This document shows positions 1-18,482 of a stretch of 64,000 nt of DNA, piece after piece (positions within the stretch are counted from its first letter, which is position 1; every line of letters starts with the position of its first letter). The notes beneath the pieces were generated by a model. The model was not told where the DNA came from. It saw only the letters and a program-made list of their open reading frames with translations, and did no database searches. A program made the translations under genes and the position numbers. The stretch is taken from NCBI RefSeq assembly GCF_009914755.1, contig NC_060926.1, one strand, 5' to 3'. This DNA comes from the human T2T-CHM13v2.0 reference genome, Homo sapiens.

Positions 1-1962
1 AAGTTTTAATGGAAGTTAAATATAAGGAAAAACACCTGGGCCTGGCTCAGTTACTGTTAACAACTATTAATTACTTATTCTGAGAAGATGTGAGGGATAC
101 ACATTGCTGCCCTCAAGGAGCTTGCAATCTAGTTGAAAACTATAATAGCACAAGAACAAAGACAACTCTATGAAATGGAAATAACATAGCATAATTACTG
201 TCTGCCTATAGGTTACTACTTGCCCATAGCAAAATGGTGATTTTGAATTTTTGAAAGAACACTTTCCTTTCAGAAATGCAGAACAAATGTATTCACTTAG
301 CAAAAAGTTATGGAATAACTACTATATGCCAAGAATTGCACTAAATACTAGGCATACAAAGATGGTTAAGACATTCCTCATACCCTCATTTCACTTGGAA
401 AGAGGCAGTCTTAGAACAGAAGTCAGAATTAGCTGTACCAAGAAGAGCAAAGGTCTTCTAGGCATAGGACAACAGCAAGTGCAAAGGAAAAAAAAAGTGG
501 TTTATAAATTGTTTGTTACTATTTTGAGCTCTGGAAAAGGGATATAAAGCCAATAATTTCTCTGGAAATACTTTCAAGGACAATATGATACCTAAGGAAT
601 AATCAAAAGTAGAAAGTAGGTAAATTGAAAAGCTGTAGAAAAACAGCTATTATATAAAGTAGAAAGAAGAAAATAATATCATTTGAAAACATTAGCTAAA
701 ATTGGATGCACAATGTGTAAGACTGAAAATAAAGCTAGTTTCATGTTCAAAAGCCTATGTATGCATCATAAAGTAAAGCCGACTAGTATATAAGCAGGAA
801 ATATTAAAAGTGACATTGAAGGGTATCTCTTGCTTATTAAGGTTATGATTGCAAGTTTCTTTGGAGTATCTAATTAATTTGTTTTATGCTAAATGAAGTT
901 CATTAATAATTTTCATCAGTTACTTTAATATAATTTTTAAACATCTTAAGTTTTGTAAAAATGGGCTATTGCTACAAAATGAGAAAAGTTCCCAAGGTGT
1001 ATAGTGAATATTTGTGTTTTGCTTTTCTTATATAGAAACTGTTGAAGTTTGAAAATGAGTCATAAATATCTATAGAAAAGAGTAATATCCCATAGTAATG
1101 TAAGATGTGAAAAAAGAAAACAATTGATATTTTCCTTTTTTATATGAGGATTTTCAAAATGTTAACTAATTTTGTTATTAATCATTTGGCTTTCTTGAAA
1201 AGAGATGCACTTGCAAATTTGTTACAGCAGATCAAGGAAAGGAGTTTTGCAACAGATGTCTGAATCGGAAAACTGCCTTGCAGAAGTAAAATAATCCAAT
1301 GAGTCATAACAATAGTATTGTTAATATGTGCTTTGGGTAGAGGGTTTTCAGTAGTATATTTTTTCCCTCCTGCTCTCGTCTTTTTTTGTGTTGTACCAAA
1401 TAAAGAATCAAGAAATGAAGTAACTAAAATGTCTAATTCTGGAGGGTGTGCTCACAGTTCACCACATTTCATTTAGATCATTAACTTTTTAAAAGCTTCA
1501 GATAGGCCAAGCTGTATCAATGCTGTCCCATCAGATCTATCACATTCATTATTAATACAATATTGCCCCCATCAGCATTGGTCTTGCACTGTGTCTCTTT
1601 TCACTTGGAAAGTATCATTTGCAAGTTACCTGAAATGTTTTTCATTTATTGACCTCATGCTGGTATGTGATTACCTTTTCCACTTCACATTGTTATGAGC
1701 TATTTGTGTCACATTTTACTACATCATAAGTTTAAATATTTTTAAGTAACTTTCTGCCAGGATAAAATATGTGCAAGGGTAGAAAATTTTTTCCTTGCTG
1801 ATTATTTAAACAGATTTGCAAGCCATTGACACTAGCTTATTTATGAGAACACTAAGTATACTCTGGAGTATTTCTGGCTTTCTGTTTAGCTTATAGTTAT
1901 GATTTTATTTTATGTTTCCACATATATTTCCTGTGGTTTTTTTCTTATTTATATACACTTAT

Positions 1963-2135
1963 CTACTAAGTTGTTAGGTTTTATGTGTACTTTACTGATA
2001 CATTTGGCTACAAAGTTGTTAGGTTTTCATGTGTACTTTACTGATACATTTGACTACTAAGTTATTAGGTTTTTATGTGTACTTTACTGATACATTTGGC
2101 TACTAAGTTGTTAGGTTTTAATGTGTTCTTTACTG
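1963..2135. repeat. Minisatellite, ~3.8 copies of a 45-46 bp unit, in the last DUSP19 intron
   Basis: Unit CTACTAAGTTGTTAGGTTTTATGTGTACTTTACTGATACATTTGG starts at 1963, 2008, 2054 and 2100 with few substitutions. Confidence 0.95.
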
Positions 2136-2227
2136 GATTACTTTAGTTTAATGAAAGATACTGTTTCAGAATTCCAAACATCATTAAAGCATTTCAATCA
2201 TGGGTTAGTAGGTAAGGGAGGTACAGG

Positions 2228-2247
2228 TTGATTGATTGATTGATTGA
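2228..2247. repeat. Short (GATT)n microsatellite
   Basis: ttgattgattgattgattga. Confidence 0.8.
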
Positions 2248-2423
2248 GTTTCCATTTGTTGCTGGTAATGAATTTTATTTCAATAATCAAATAAATTGAA
2301 TCAAATAAATCAATAAAACTGAATATTTACTTTATACTTTCAAGTAGTATAAGAATGTGCAATTGATATAATAACCTTTCTCAAATGAATAATGAAGATT
2401 TTTGTTTGTTTTTTTTTTTGTAG

Positions 2424-2651
2424 GATGGAGTGGTTCTTGTTCATTGTAATGCAGGCGTTTCCAGGGCTGCTGCAATTGTAATAGGTTTCCTGATGAATTC
2501 TGAACAAACCTCATTTACCAGTGCTTTTTCTTTGGTGAAAAATGCAAGACCTTCCATATGTCCAAATTCTGGCTTCATGGAGCAGCTTCGTACATATCAA
2601 GAGGGCAAAGAAAGCAATAAGTGTGACAGAATACAGGAGAACAGTTCATGA
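2424..2651 (+). CDS. DUSP19: Dual specificity phosphatase 19, terminal coding exon (C-terminal half of the DSP catalytic domain)
   Basis: Poly-T tract and TAG acceptor ending at 2423. Translation [24 protein letters not shown]...[14 protein letters not shown]...ENSS* contains the HCxxGxSR PTP loop (2442-2465) and the R-x4-PN-GF DSP motif; TGA at 2649-2651. Confidence 0.97.
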
Positions 2652-2857
2652 GTTGCATTGTAGCAGACAATGGACAACTGTAGTTTCTGAATTGACTTCT
2701 ATAGCCATCTTTTCCCTTTTTTGGAGAGTAGACTAGCAAAACTCCCTTTTTTCTCTTGCCTTTTTTATGCATAAATGGAGGTCAATCTGATTGTCCTGAC
2801 CTACTGTATAAGTAAATTTCAAATGTCATTACTTTCTCTTTGTTATTATAATGTGTG

Positions 2858-2863
2858 ATTAAA
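2858..2863 (+). terminator. Candidate proximal polyadenylation signal (ATTAAA)
   Basis: ATTAAA about 210 nt after the DUSP19 stop, with an upstream TGTA. Confidence 0.4.
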
Positions 2864-3127
2864 TGCTTTTTTAAATTGCTAAGGGAAAATAACAAAGTGT
2901 TAGTAATCATTGCTTTCTGTAGAAGAAAAAGGTTTAAATTTAAAATGTGTATTTAGAGCATGGAGAGAATCATTTAATGAAGCCTATTTTTCTGTTCCAG
3001 CAACTGTTTTTATGAAAGAAAAACTTGAAATGCTACTTAACTTACTATTTCAAAGGGAAGTATATTTCTTTTTAAAGAATCTTTTTAAGATTAAAAATGA
3101 ATACCTTAAATCTCCCAAAAGAGATAA

Positions 3128-3586
<459 letters not shown>

Positions 3587-4005
3587 TAGGTGTTCTGTCA
3601 TACGTTATTGTGAGCTTTGGTTCTTTGAACAGGTGATCTATTCTCTTACATTTTGTGCTTTTTATCTTGGGTGCCTAGCATTCTGTTTTTTTGATCCTAT
3701 GTCATAATTTTTTGAGAAAATGTTTGATACTGCAAGATCATTGTTTAGTGGTCTGTTTTCTACTTCAGTATTCTACCAGAGAACATATTTTTTAGGGGAG
3801 AAGGGTTATGGTTTTGTAAGAAACTTTAAATATACTTTTAGGAGACCCACAATCATTTACAGTTTTATCTTTGGCCTTTGAATAGGTTCTTTTTTCTTTA
3901 ATGTCTCCGTATTTGCAGAACTGAGCTCTGTACGTTATAAATTTGCTTAAAGATTTTGATTTTTTCTTCAGAATATGGTATACTTAAAATTAATTAATTA
4001 AGACA

Positions 4006-4322
4006 GTTTCTTTTTTCTTTTCTTTTTTTTTTTTTTCGAGACAGGGTCTTGCTCTGTCACCTAGGCTAGAGTGGAGTGGCATGAACACAACGCACTGCAG
4101 CCTCTACCTCCTGGGCTCAAGCAGTCCTCCCACCTCAGTCTCCTGAGTAGCTGAGACTACAGCTGTGCGCCACCACATCTGGCTAATTTTATTTTTATTT
4201 TTGTAGAGACAGGAGTCTTGCCATGTTGCCCAGGCTGATCTCAAACTCCTAGGCTTAAGTGATCCTCCCGCCTTAGCCTCCCAAGTGCTAGGATTACAGG
4301 CATCAGCCACCACGCCTGGCCT
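4006..4322 (-). mobile_element. AluJ
   Basis: Reverse Alu with J-type features (cctgggctcaagcagtcctcccacc). Confidence 0.9.
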
Positions 4323-4848
4323 GATAGTTTCCACATAGTTTTTCATGACTTAGAAGATATCATTGCCATGTAGGTTTTATTTTTAAAAGTCTTGAGCTCT
4401 TCTTAAATATACATTATAAAGAGCAAGCATAGATGGAAAGTGCATATTGAACACATCTGTGCATTTGAGAAGGCAGGCTTTCATATGCTGTCATGAGCAA
4501 AAAGTAGAAGTGATAAATGCAAGTTATGTTTTGAGATTGCTTACACCGTGACAAGATGCCATCACTTGTGATGTTATGAACTGTTATAAACTCTTTGCTT
4601 CTGCTAAGAAGCAGTCTAAATATAATCAACGTACAGTGAGCTCTTTGAAGCCAACCAAGGCAGGCAGAACCCTCTTAAATATGAGACTGATGTATAGGTT
4701 CTCTCTATGGTCAGTATCACTGGATAAGCCTTCTCCTTTCATAAGAAAGGATGTATTTAAATACATTTTATTTTGCTAAATCCTGTTTAGTTTTCAGCCA
4801 TTAAATGTCACATGAAGCCTTGATAGAATTTGTTCATAATGGCTCATG

Positions 4849-5237
<389 letters not shown>

Positions 5238-6597
5238 TAGTGATCTGGGTAAGATTCAAACATTTATCTTTTGTATCTTCTACAGAAGTGCTTTGAGCAT
5301 CAAATTTGTTTTAACGTTAAATTGTAGTTTGCTGTATTAAAATAGATCAATGAATATAATTCAGTCTTTTAGGGGCACCAAGTAAAGCATAAGGTCATAT
5401 ATACTATACAATATGTTTATTGCACTTCCCATGGGGATAAATCACTCTGTCATTCCTAGTTATTTTAAAAAAAGAACTTTATGATTACGGTCCTCTTTCT
5501 CACATACTGCAAACTTAAAAGATACATACACCAAATATAGGTCTGTTTTAAAGGAGAGGAAAAATAGTTCAAGGAGTTTTTGCCTCTTTGTTTTTAAATA
5601 GATTATTCTGCCATTTTTTAAAGGAAAGGGAAAATGAAAACAGCATGTCTTTTTAAACATTGAAAAGAAATATGGAGGCTTTAAACCGCAAACTGAAAAA
5701 GCTGAGTAGAACAAAGGCAGTGGAGCATACAATACAATTCTATTTATTTGAGGTTAATTGAAGTTAATAATTTTTAAATTTTTTTCTAATTTTATGCCTT
5801 AAAATAGGTTTCTGATTACATAAAATTTGAATAGAACACTCAAGAAGTATGTAGATTTTTGAAAAACCCAAACAATATTCTTCTTAGATTTTTGGAGGCA
5901 AAATTTAGACCAGTATACTAATTCAAAAGACAAATATTTCAGAGGAAGTGGAGTATAGTATTTAACATTTTGTTTGCAATTTTACTTTTTCTTCCCTTCT
6001 TCCCTATTGAACCTTGATTAAAATGTATGAATACAATACTTGGATTTTTTTTTCAGCTTAGACTCTGATAATTTCAGTGGTAGTGGGGAAACCTGAATTT
6101 GTCAGCATGATTATTTGTAACTCAGATTGTTCAAATGTATATAGAAGGTCCCCTTCAAGTGTTGTTTCTCCAAGTAGTCATAAATGTAGCAAGTATAAAT
6201 CAGAATATCATCTTATAATCTTACAGAGTTAACCTAATGAGTCAATACCTTTATAAGCAAAACCATGATAAATTTAAAAACAACAGAAATGTGGCATGAT
6301 TACTTATTTATTTGTTCCAGGTGACTCTAAATAGTTGATTTTTCTGCCTGAAGGATCCTGAACATATTTAGTTACCCTGTAGTTATTTAGGAATTTAAAC
6401 CAGAAGACTTTGAAGTTGTATATTCTTGCAATGCATAAAATGACATTATAATCAACAAACTTATGGTTTGTTTCAATTGATGCACACAAAAAATAACTTA
6501 TAGTTAGACTTTTCTATTTCAAGTAAAGCTTTGAGTTACTTATTTTTATACATATTCATCATGTACCCTTTATTGTTTCTAGGTGTTGATATACTTT

Positions 6598-6603
6598 AAT
6601 AAA
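6598..6603 (+). terminator. Candidate distal polyadenylation signal (AATAAA)
   Basis: AATAAA followed by T-rich sequence. Confidence 0.4.
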
Positions 6604-6710
6604 AATGATATGTTTAATATTTTCCCATTAATATATTTCTTTGAAGCTATTTGTTTTAAAAGATGTAACACTTATTTGCTGTCAAATTCTGAATTAAAAA
6701 ATCTGTTGGT

Positions 6711-7000
6711 GGCCAGGCGCAGTGGCTCATGCCTGTAATCCCAACATTTTGGGAGGCCAAGGAGATGGATCACTTGAGGCCAGGAGTTCAAGACCAGCCT
6801 GGCCAACATGGCAAAACCCCATCACTAAAAATACAAAAATTACCCGGGCATGGTGGTGGGTGCCTGTAATCCCAGCTTCTTAGGAGGCTGAGGTAGGAGA
6901 ATTGCTTGACCCTGGGAGGTGGAGGTGGCAGTGAGCCGAGATAGCACCACTGCACTTCTAGTTGACAGAGTGAGACTCTGACTCAAAAAAAAAAAAAAAA
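6711..7000 (+). mobile_element. AluS
   Basis: GGCCAGGCGCAGTGGCTCA start, A tail. Confidence 0.93.
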
Positions 7001-7090
7001 TGTTGGGAAGACACACAATTTTATATTTTAAAATGTAAGTTAGTTTAGATCTATGAAGATTTGTTGTTCCCGTCTCTTCAAGAAATGAAA

Positions 7091-7443
<353 letters not shown>

Positions 7444-8144
7444 TCAATAGAATACCTTATTTAAGGTAAGAGAAGATGCTGAGTTACTGTCAGATTAAAT
7501 TACCCTACATTCTAACTATGACTGCATTGAGATTATTTGTACATAGTGTGGCACCCACCTCCCACGCTCATGCAAACAGGCTGTTATATCTTTGTAATAG
7601 TTATTTTAAAATGTACAATAAATTATTGTTGACTGTAGTCACCCTGTTGTGCTATCAAATACTAGATCTTATTCTATCTAGCTATATTTTAATACCCATT
7701 AGCCATCGCACTTCTTCCCCTCATGCCCCCACTGTTCTTTCCAGCTTCTGGTAACCATCATTCTACTGTCTATCTCCATGTGTTGAACTGTTTTAATTTT
7801 TGGCTCCCACAAAGGAGTGAGAACATTTGAAGTTTGTCTATCTGTGCCAGTCTTATTTGACTTAACATAATGTCCTCCAGTTCTATCCATGTTTTTCCAA
7901 AGGACGGGATCTTATTCCTTTTTATGGTTGAATAGTACTCCATTATATATATGTACTACATGTTATTTATCCATTCATCTGTTGATGGACACTTAGGTTG
8001 CTTCTAAATCTTGGCTATTGTGAATAGTGCCGCAATAAACATGGGAGTGCAGATATCTCTTTGATATATGAATTTCCTTTCTTTTGGGTATTTTATCAAT
8101 GTTCATCAGGGATGTAGGCCAATAGTTTTCTTTTTTAATGTGTC

Positions 8145-10228
<2,084 letters not shown>

Positions 10229-11784
10229 TCTAATGTGTCTTTGTGTGATTTTGGTATCAGGGTAATACTAACCTCATAGAATACATTTGGAAATCTTGCT
10301 TCCTCCTCTATTTTTCAAAATAGTTTGAGTGGGATTGATTTTAGTCCTTTTTTAAATGTTTCATAAAATTCAGGAGTAAAGCCACTAGGTCCTGGACTTT
10401 TCTTTGCTGGTAGACTTCTTATTATGGCTTTGATCTCATTCCTTGTTATTGGTCTATTCAGGTTTTGGATTTTTTTATGGTTCATTCGAAGTAGGTTGTA
10501 TGTTTCTAGGAATTTTTTCATTTTTTCTATGTTTTGCAATTATTGGCATACAGTTGCTTATAGTAGTCTCTAATGATCCTTTGAATATCCGGGGTATCAC
10601 TTGTAATGTCTCCTCCATCTGTGATTTTGTTTATTTAGTCTCTCTGTTATTCTAGACACACTCTGGGTCAGAAGGGAACTCTGACTCAGAGTGTTAGTCT
10701 GACTAAAAGTTTGTCAATTTTGTTTATCTTTTCAAAGAACAACTTTTTATTTTATTGATCTTTTGTATTTGTTCCATTTCAATTTCATTTATTTCTGCTT
10801 GAATATTTACTATTTATTTTTTTCTACTAATTTTGTGTTTGGTTTGCTCTTGCTTTTCTAGTTGTTACAGAAGCATGGTTAGGTTTTTTATTTGAAGTTT
10901 TTCTACTTTTTTGTTGTAGGTGCTTATTGCTATAAACTTTCCTCTTAGTACTGCTTTCACTGTATCCCATAGGTTTTGGTAAGTTGTGTTTCCATTTTCT
11001 TTTATTTCCAGAAATTTTTAAATTATCTTCTTAATTTCTTCATTGGCCCACTGGTTATTCAGGAGCATATTATTTAACTTCCAGGTGTTTGTGTAGTTTC
11101 CAAAGTTCCTCTTGCCATTGACTTCCAGTTTTATACCATTCCTGGTCAGAAAAATACTTGATATGATTTCAATGCTTTTTTGAATTTTTTAAGACTTGTT
11201 TTGTGGCCTAACATATGGTCTGTCCTTGAGAATGATCCATGTACTGAGGACAAGAATGTGATTCTGCAACTGTTGGCTAAAATGTCCTGTATATACCTAT
11301 TAGGTCCATTTGGTCTACAGTGCAGATTAAATCCAATGTTTCTTTGTTGATTTTCTGTCTGGATTATCTGTCCAAAGCTGAAAGTGAGTGTTCAAGTCTC
11401 CAGCTATTATTGTATTGGGATGTATCTCCCTCTTATCTCCAGCTATTATTGTATTGGGATGTATCTCCCTCTTTAGCTCTAATAATAATTGTTTCATGTA
11501 TCTGGGTGCTCCAGTGTTGGGTACATATACACTTATGATTGTAATATCCTCTTGTTGAATTGACTCCTTTATCATTATGTGGTAACTTTGTCTCTTTTTA
11601 TATATTTTATCTTGGAATCTATTTTGTCGGATATAAATATAGCCACTACTCATGCTCTTTTTTGGTTTTGATTTGCATGGAATATCTTTCCATTCCTTTA
11701 CTTTCAGTCTATGAGAGTCTTTATAGGTGGAGGGTGTTTCTACTGTGGCTGAGCTGGCAGCCAAACCATGGGACACAGTTCTTC

Positions 11785-12145
11785 TGTATTAGTCTGTTCT
11801 CACATTGCCATAAAGAACTGCCCAAGACTGGGTAATATTTAAAGAAAAGAAGTTTAATTGACTCACAGTTCTGCATGCGAGGCCTCAGGAAACTTAAAAC
11901 CATGGCGGAAAACACCTCTTCACATGGTGGTAGGAGAGAAATGAATGAATACCAAGCGAAGCGGAAGCCCCTTATAAAACCATCGGATCTCATGAGAACT
12001 CACTCACTATTATGAGAACAGTATGGGGGAAAACCGCCCCTGTGATTCAATTACCTCCCACTGGGTCCCTCATGCGACACATGGGGATTATGGGATTACA
12101 ATTCAAGATGAGATTTGGTTGGGGACACAAAGTCAAACCATATCA
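11785..12145 (-). mobile_element. THE1/MST-family solo LTR (MaLR, THE1D-like)
   Basis: TGTATTAGTCTGTTCTCAC...CAAACCATATCA termini, ~360 bp. Confidence 0.88.
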
Positions 12146-13840
12146 TCACCTTCCTACTATTACCTCTCCTTTGCTCATGCAGAAGTAGTCGCTCCTCATG
12201 ACCACCACTGCTCCAGGCCCACAGTGAGTACTGCCTGGCTACTACCAGGCAGTTCACTCAAAGCCCAGGGGCTCTTCAGTCAGCTTGTGGTGAATGCTGC
12301 CAGGCCTGACTCTCTCCCTTTAGGGCAGTGGGCTCTCCTATTGCCCAGGGTGGGCCCAGAAATGCTATCCAGGAGCCAAGGCCTGGAATCAGGAATGTTA
12401 GGAGTTCACTTTGCGCTCTACCCAACTGTGGCCATGCTGGTACCCAAGCTGCAAGACACAGTCCCCTTTATGCTTTCCTCTTCTTTCCTTAAGCAGAAGG
12501 AGTCTCTCTCCATGGCCACCACAGCTGGGAATGTGCTGTGTCATTCCTGAAGCCAGCATGGCCCTGGGTTTCCACCCAAGTCCCGTGGTGATTACTGCCT
12601 TGGTACCACTGATGTTTATTCAAGGCCCAAGGGCTTGTTAGTCAGCAGGTGATAAATCCTTCCACAACTGGGTTCTTCCTTTCAAGGAAGTTGGTTTCCT
12701 TCTGACCCAGAGTGTGTCTGGAAATGTCTAGGAGCTAGGTCCTGAAATGGGAGCATCAGGACTCTGCTTGGTGCCCTATTTTACTGTGGCTGAGCTGGCA
12801 TCTAAGTTGCAAGACAATGTCCTGTTTACTCTCCCCTCTCCTCTCCTCAAGTAGAAGGAAGGAATCTCTTGAAGCTATGAGCTGCACTGCTTAGGGTTAA
12901 AGGATAGGTGATGCAAGTATTCTCTTGACAGCCCCAGCTGGTGTCTCACTATGTAGCACCACCCTAATTCTACTGGTTTCGAGCCCAGGACAGCACCAGG
13001 ACTTGCCCTGGAATCATAGTCCTTACGCCCTGGATGGTCTTCCAAGTTTATTTAGGACCCCATAGCACTTTAGCCCATGGTGGTGGGGCTAGCTGAAACT
13101 CAGGTTCTGACCAGTGGGTTGGACACTTCCCATCTGGCTAGACCAGCCCTAGCCAGATGGGAAGTGTCTCTTGGTGGGCACTAACTGAATCCTGCCCTAT
13201 GTTGCTTTCTGCTGTAACAGAGCAGCACTGAGTTCCAATGCAAAGTTCCACAGTCATTGTGCTCTCTCTTCCCCAAGCACACACATTCTCTCTTGAGGTG
13301 ACACGGCCACTGCCAAGGGATGGGGGAGAAGTGGTATCAGCAATTCAAGACTGTCTTTCCTACCCTTTCCAGTGCCTCTTTCCCTGATATGATGTTAAAA
13401 CTAGGTACTTTGATAGCACACCTGACTTTTGTTTTTTATAAAGTGTTTTCTTGTGTAGATAGTTGTTCAATTTGGTGTTTCTGTAGTGGGGATGATTGCT
13501 AGAGAGTTCTATTTCACCATCTTCCTATAGCAATTAATACTGTAGAAATATTTATTGAGAATCTAACTATCAATACAAATGGTATTTAATGTAAGAATAC
13601 TGCATACAAATCTGATTTTGTTGATGCTTGTTATCTATACAGTGATAAATCCTTCAAAGTTAAAAGTAAAGAACACCAATAATGCAACTTGCCTTCACTC
13701 TTTCCACTTGAGTATCATTCTACTTGAATATCATTCTAGTAGGATAGGAAGTCTGTTTAATTGCTTGCATTCTCTAAAGTCTCATTCTCCTCTTTCCACA
13801 ATTCAGTTCTTCTATCAAATGTGTGAATTTACTTAATAAG

Positions 13841-14665
13841 AGTTGTCCCTTGAACAAGGTGGGTGTTGGAGGAGCCAACCCTTCCTTCCACAGTAGGAAA
13901 TCCATGTATAACTTTTTTCTTCCAGGGCATGGGGTCTTGCTATGTTGCTCAGGCTAGACTCAAACTCCAGAGCTCAAGCAATCCTCCTGTCTCAGCCTTC
14001 CAAGAATCTGGGACTATAGGTATATACCACCAGGCACATACAAAAATAACACATATATTGTGTATGTTATATGTATTCCATAATCTTACAATAAAGTAAG
14101 ATAGAGAAAAAATGTTATTAAGAAAATCATAGGTTGGGCATGGTGGCCCATGCTTGTAATCCTAGCAGTTTGGGAGCCTGAGGTGGGCAGATCACTTGAG
14201 CTCAGGAGTTTGAGACCAGCCTGGGCAAAATGATGAAGCCTCATATCTACTAAAAATACAAAAAATTAGCCAGGCATGGTGGCAAATGCCTGTGGTCCCA
14301 GATACTTGGGAGGATAAGGTAGGAGGATCACTACAGCCCAGGAAGTTGAGGGTACAGTGAGCTATGATCATGCCACTGCACTCCAACCTGGGTGACAGGG
14401 TGAGACCCTGCCTCAAAACAAACAAAAACCCAAGAACAAAACAAAAATGATGAAGAAAATCATAAGGAAGAGAAAATATACTTACTATTAATTAAGTGGA
14501 AGTGGATCATATAAAGGTCTTCTTTATCATCTTTGTGGAGAGTAGGCTGAGGAGAAGGAGGGAGCAGAGGAGCTGACTTGCTGCCTCAGGGTGGCAGAAG
14601 TGGAAGAAAATCTGCATGTAAGTGGACCCACACAGTTTAATCCCATGTTGTTCAAGGGTCAACTG
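13841..14665. mobile_element. Tigger2-family DNA transposon relic interrupted by an Alu monomer (13915-14040) and an AluJ (14132-14447)
   Basis: Terminal inverted repeats AGTTGTCCCTTGAACAA / TTGTTCAAGGGTCAACTG followed by TA. Confidence 0.75.
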
Positions 14666-14876
14666 TAGTTGTAATTATTGCTAATGCAGTTTTATGACTG
14701 TAAGGAGTAAATCAAAACAGTTAATGTCTCACCACAAGAGATTTGTTTATATACAGCTTTTATAAAAAGAAATGGAATATTTTCTGAAATAAGAGTCTAA
14801 GCTCCAAAGTCAGATTGTCAATTTAAATTTTGACTTCACTGCTTACTTGGGCAAATTAACTTTTTAAGATATTTCA

Positions 14877-15202
<326 letters not shown>

Positions 15203-15570
15203 TTAAAGATTAAATGAGATAATGTGGCTTAATAGTAGGCACTCAGTTTTTTTAAAAGTTGAAGTAGATTTCTATATCATGGGTAGCTCAGGAATGATGT
15301 TTTCTCACAACATAAACCATATTCTTATAATAACAAAGACTCTCTTTCAATAAGTAATAATATATACTACAATTCTCATTAATTATAGAAAAATGAAGAG
15401 TCATAAAAGCTTTCCTTAAAAAAAAGTAAATTACCTTTTCAGTAGAGTTAAGAAAACGGGAAATCACTGGTATTCAATTCTGTGGTCTTTTCTCTTTCAG
15501 CAAATAAGAACAGCTATACCTTGTCCGCCACCGCAAGCTGAAGTATGTGGCTCTTTGATACTGCAGACTC

Positions 15571-15877
<307 letters not shown>

Positions 15878-16031
15878 CTGTCTGTATAAAACAATTTGAA
15901 TGACAGTGGATTTCTTATCAGAAGACATGGAGGCCAAAGGGAAGTGGCATCATATTTTTCAAATGTTTATCCTACAACCAGAAAAAATAGTCTTTAGGAA
16001 TTAAGGGAAAATCAATCAAGACATTCTTGCT

Positions 16032-16346
<315 letters not shown>

Positions 16347-17207
16347 TCAAGACATTATTATATGAAGGAAAATGAAGAAAAGCTGTGGCCGGCAGACCTG
16401 TTCTAAAATAATAGCTTAAAAGAAGTTCTCTAAACAGAGACAAAATGATATAGGAAAAAAATTCTTGGAACAAGAAATAACTTTGCAAACAAAATATGAC
16501 TGAATAGAATAAGCTTTCCATGTCACCTTGAGTTACTACATTAAGTTTGAGGGTTTAAACCATAATGGTAACAGTCTGATGTGTTTTTAACTGTATGTAG
16601 AGGAAATATCTAAAACAATTATATTGCAAATGGGGAAGGATAAAAGGGCATAAAAGTTTCCATATTTTATTTGAAATAGTTAAAATAACAGTAGTAGAGT
16701 GTGATCAGTTATGTATATATAGTGTAGTACCTAGAGCAACACCAAATCTACTCAATCCCTTCCAGAAAACAGAAGAGGAGGAAATGATTTCCATTTCGTT
16801 TTATGAAGTTAGTATTAGCCTGATACCCAAAACAGGCAAAGAAAGAATACAGCCAAGATCACTCTTCAATACAGATACAAAAGTCCTTAACAAAATATTA
16901 GAAAAAAGAATTTAGCTCTTCCTTCCTGTAGGAGACAGCTTTTTAAAAAACTCAGCTATTTATAAAAAGAATGACGTAGCATGACGAAGTGGATTATGTC
17001 AGAGATGCAAGGTTGTCTCAACTATTGAAAATAAATCAGTATAATTAACCATATTAATAGGGAAAAGAAGAAAAATCACATAATCATGTAAATTAATACC
17101 GAAAAAAACATTTGACAAGCTTCAACACCAATTCATCACTCTCAGAAAAATAAGAATAGAGAGGAAACTTTCTCAACTTGATAAAAAGCATTTACAAAAA
17201 ACCTCTA

Positions 17208-17976
<769 letters not shown>

Positions 17977-18163
17977 TCAAAACAAGGAAATAAAAGGCAA
18001 CAGATCAGATAGGAAGAAATAAAAGAGTTCCTTTTGCAGACTGCATAGTTGTTTACATAAAAAATTCCAAAGAATTTACAAAAAAACTGAATGCAATTGT
18101 ACTTCCACATGCTAGCAGCAAACACAACCACTAAGATTAAAAATACAATATGATTTACACTCA

Positions 18164-18482
<319 letters not shown>

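Noticed and set aside
1963-2135. CRISPR-like appearance of regular repeats
   Set aside because: Head-to-tail units without unique spacers, in a human intron
7460-7471. Strong donor-like AAG|GTAAGA
   Set aside because: No convincing upstream acceptor or open frame
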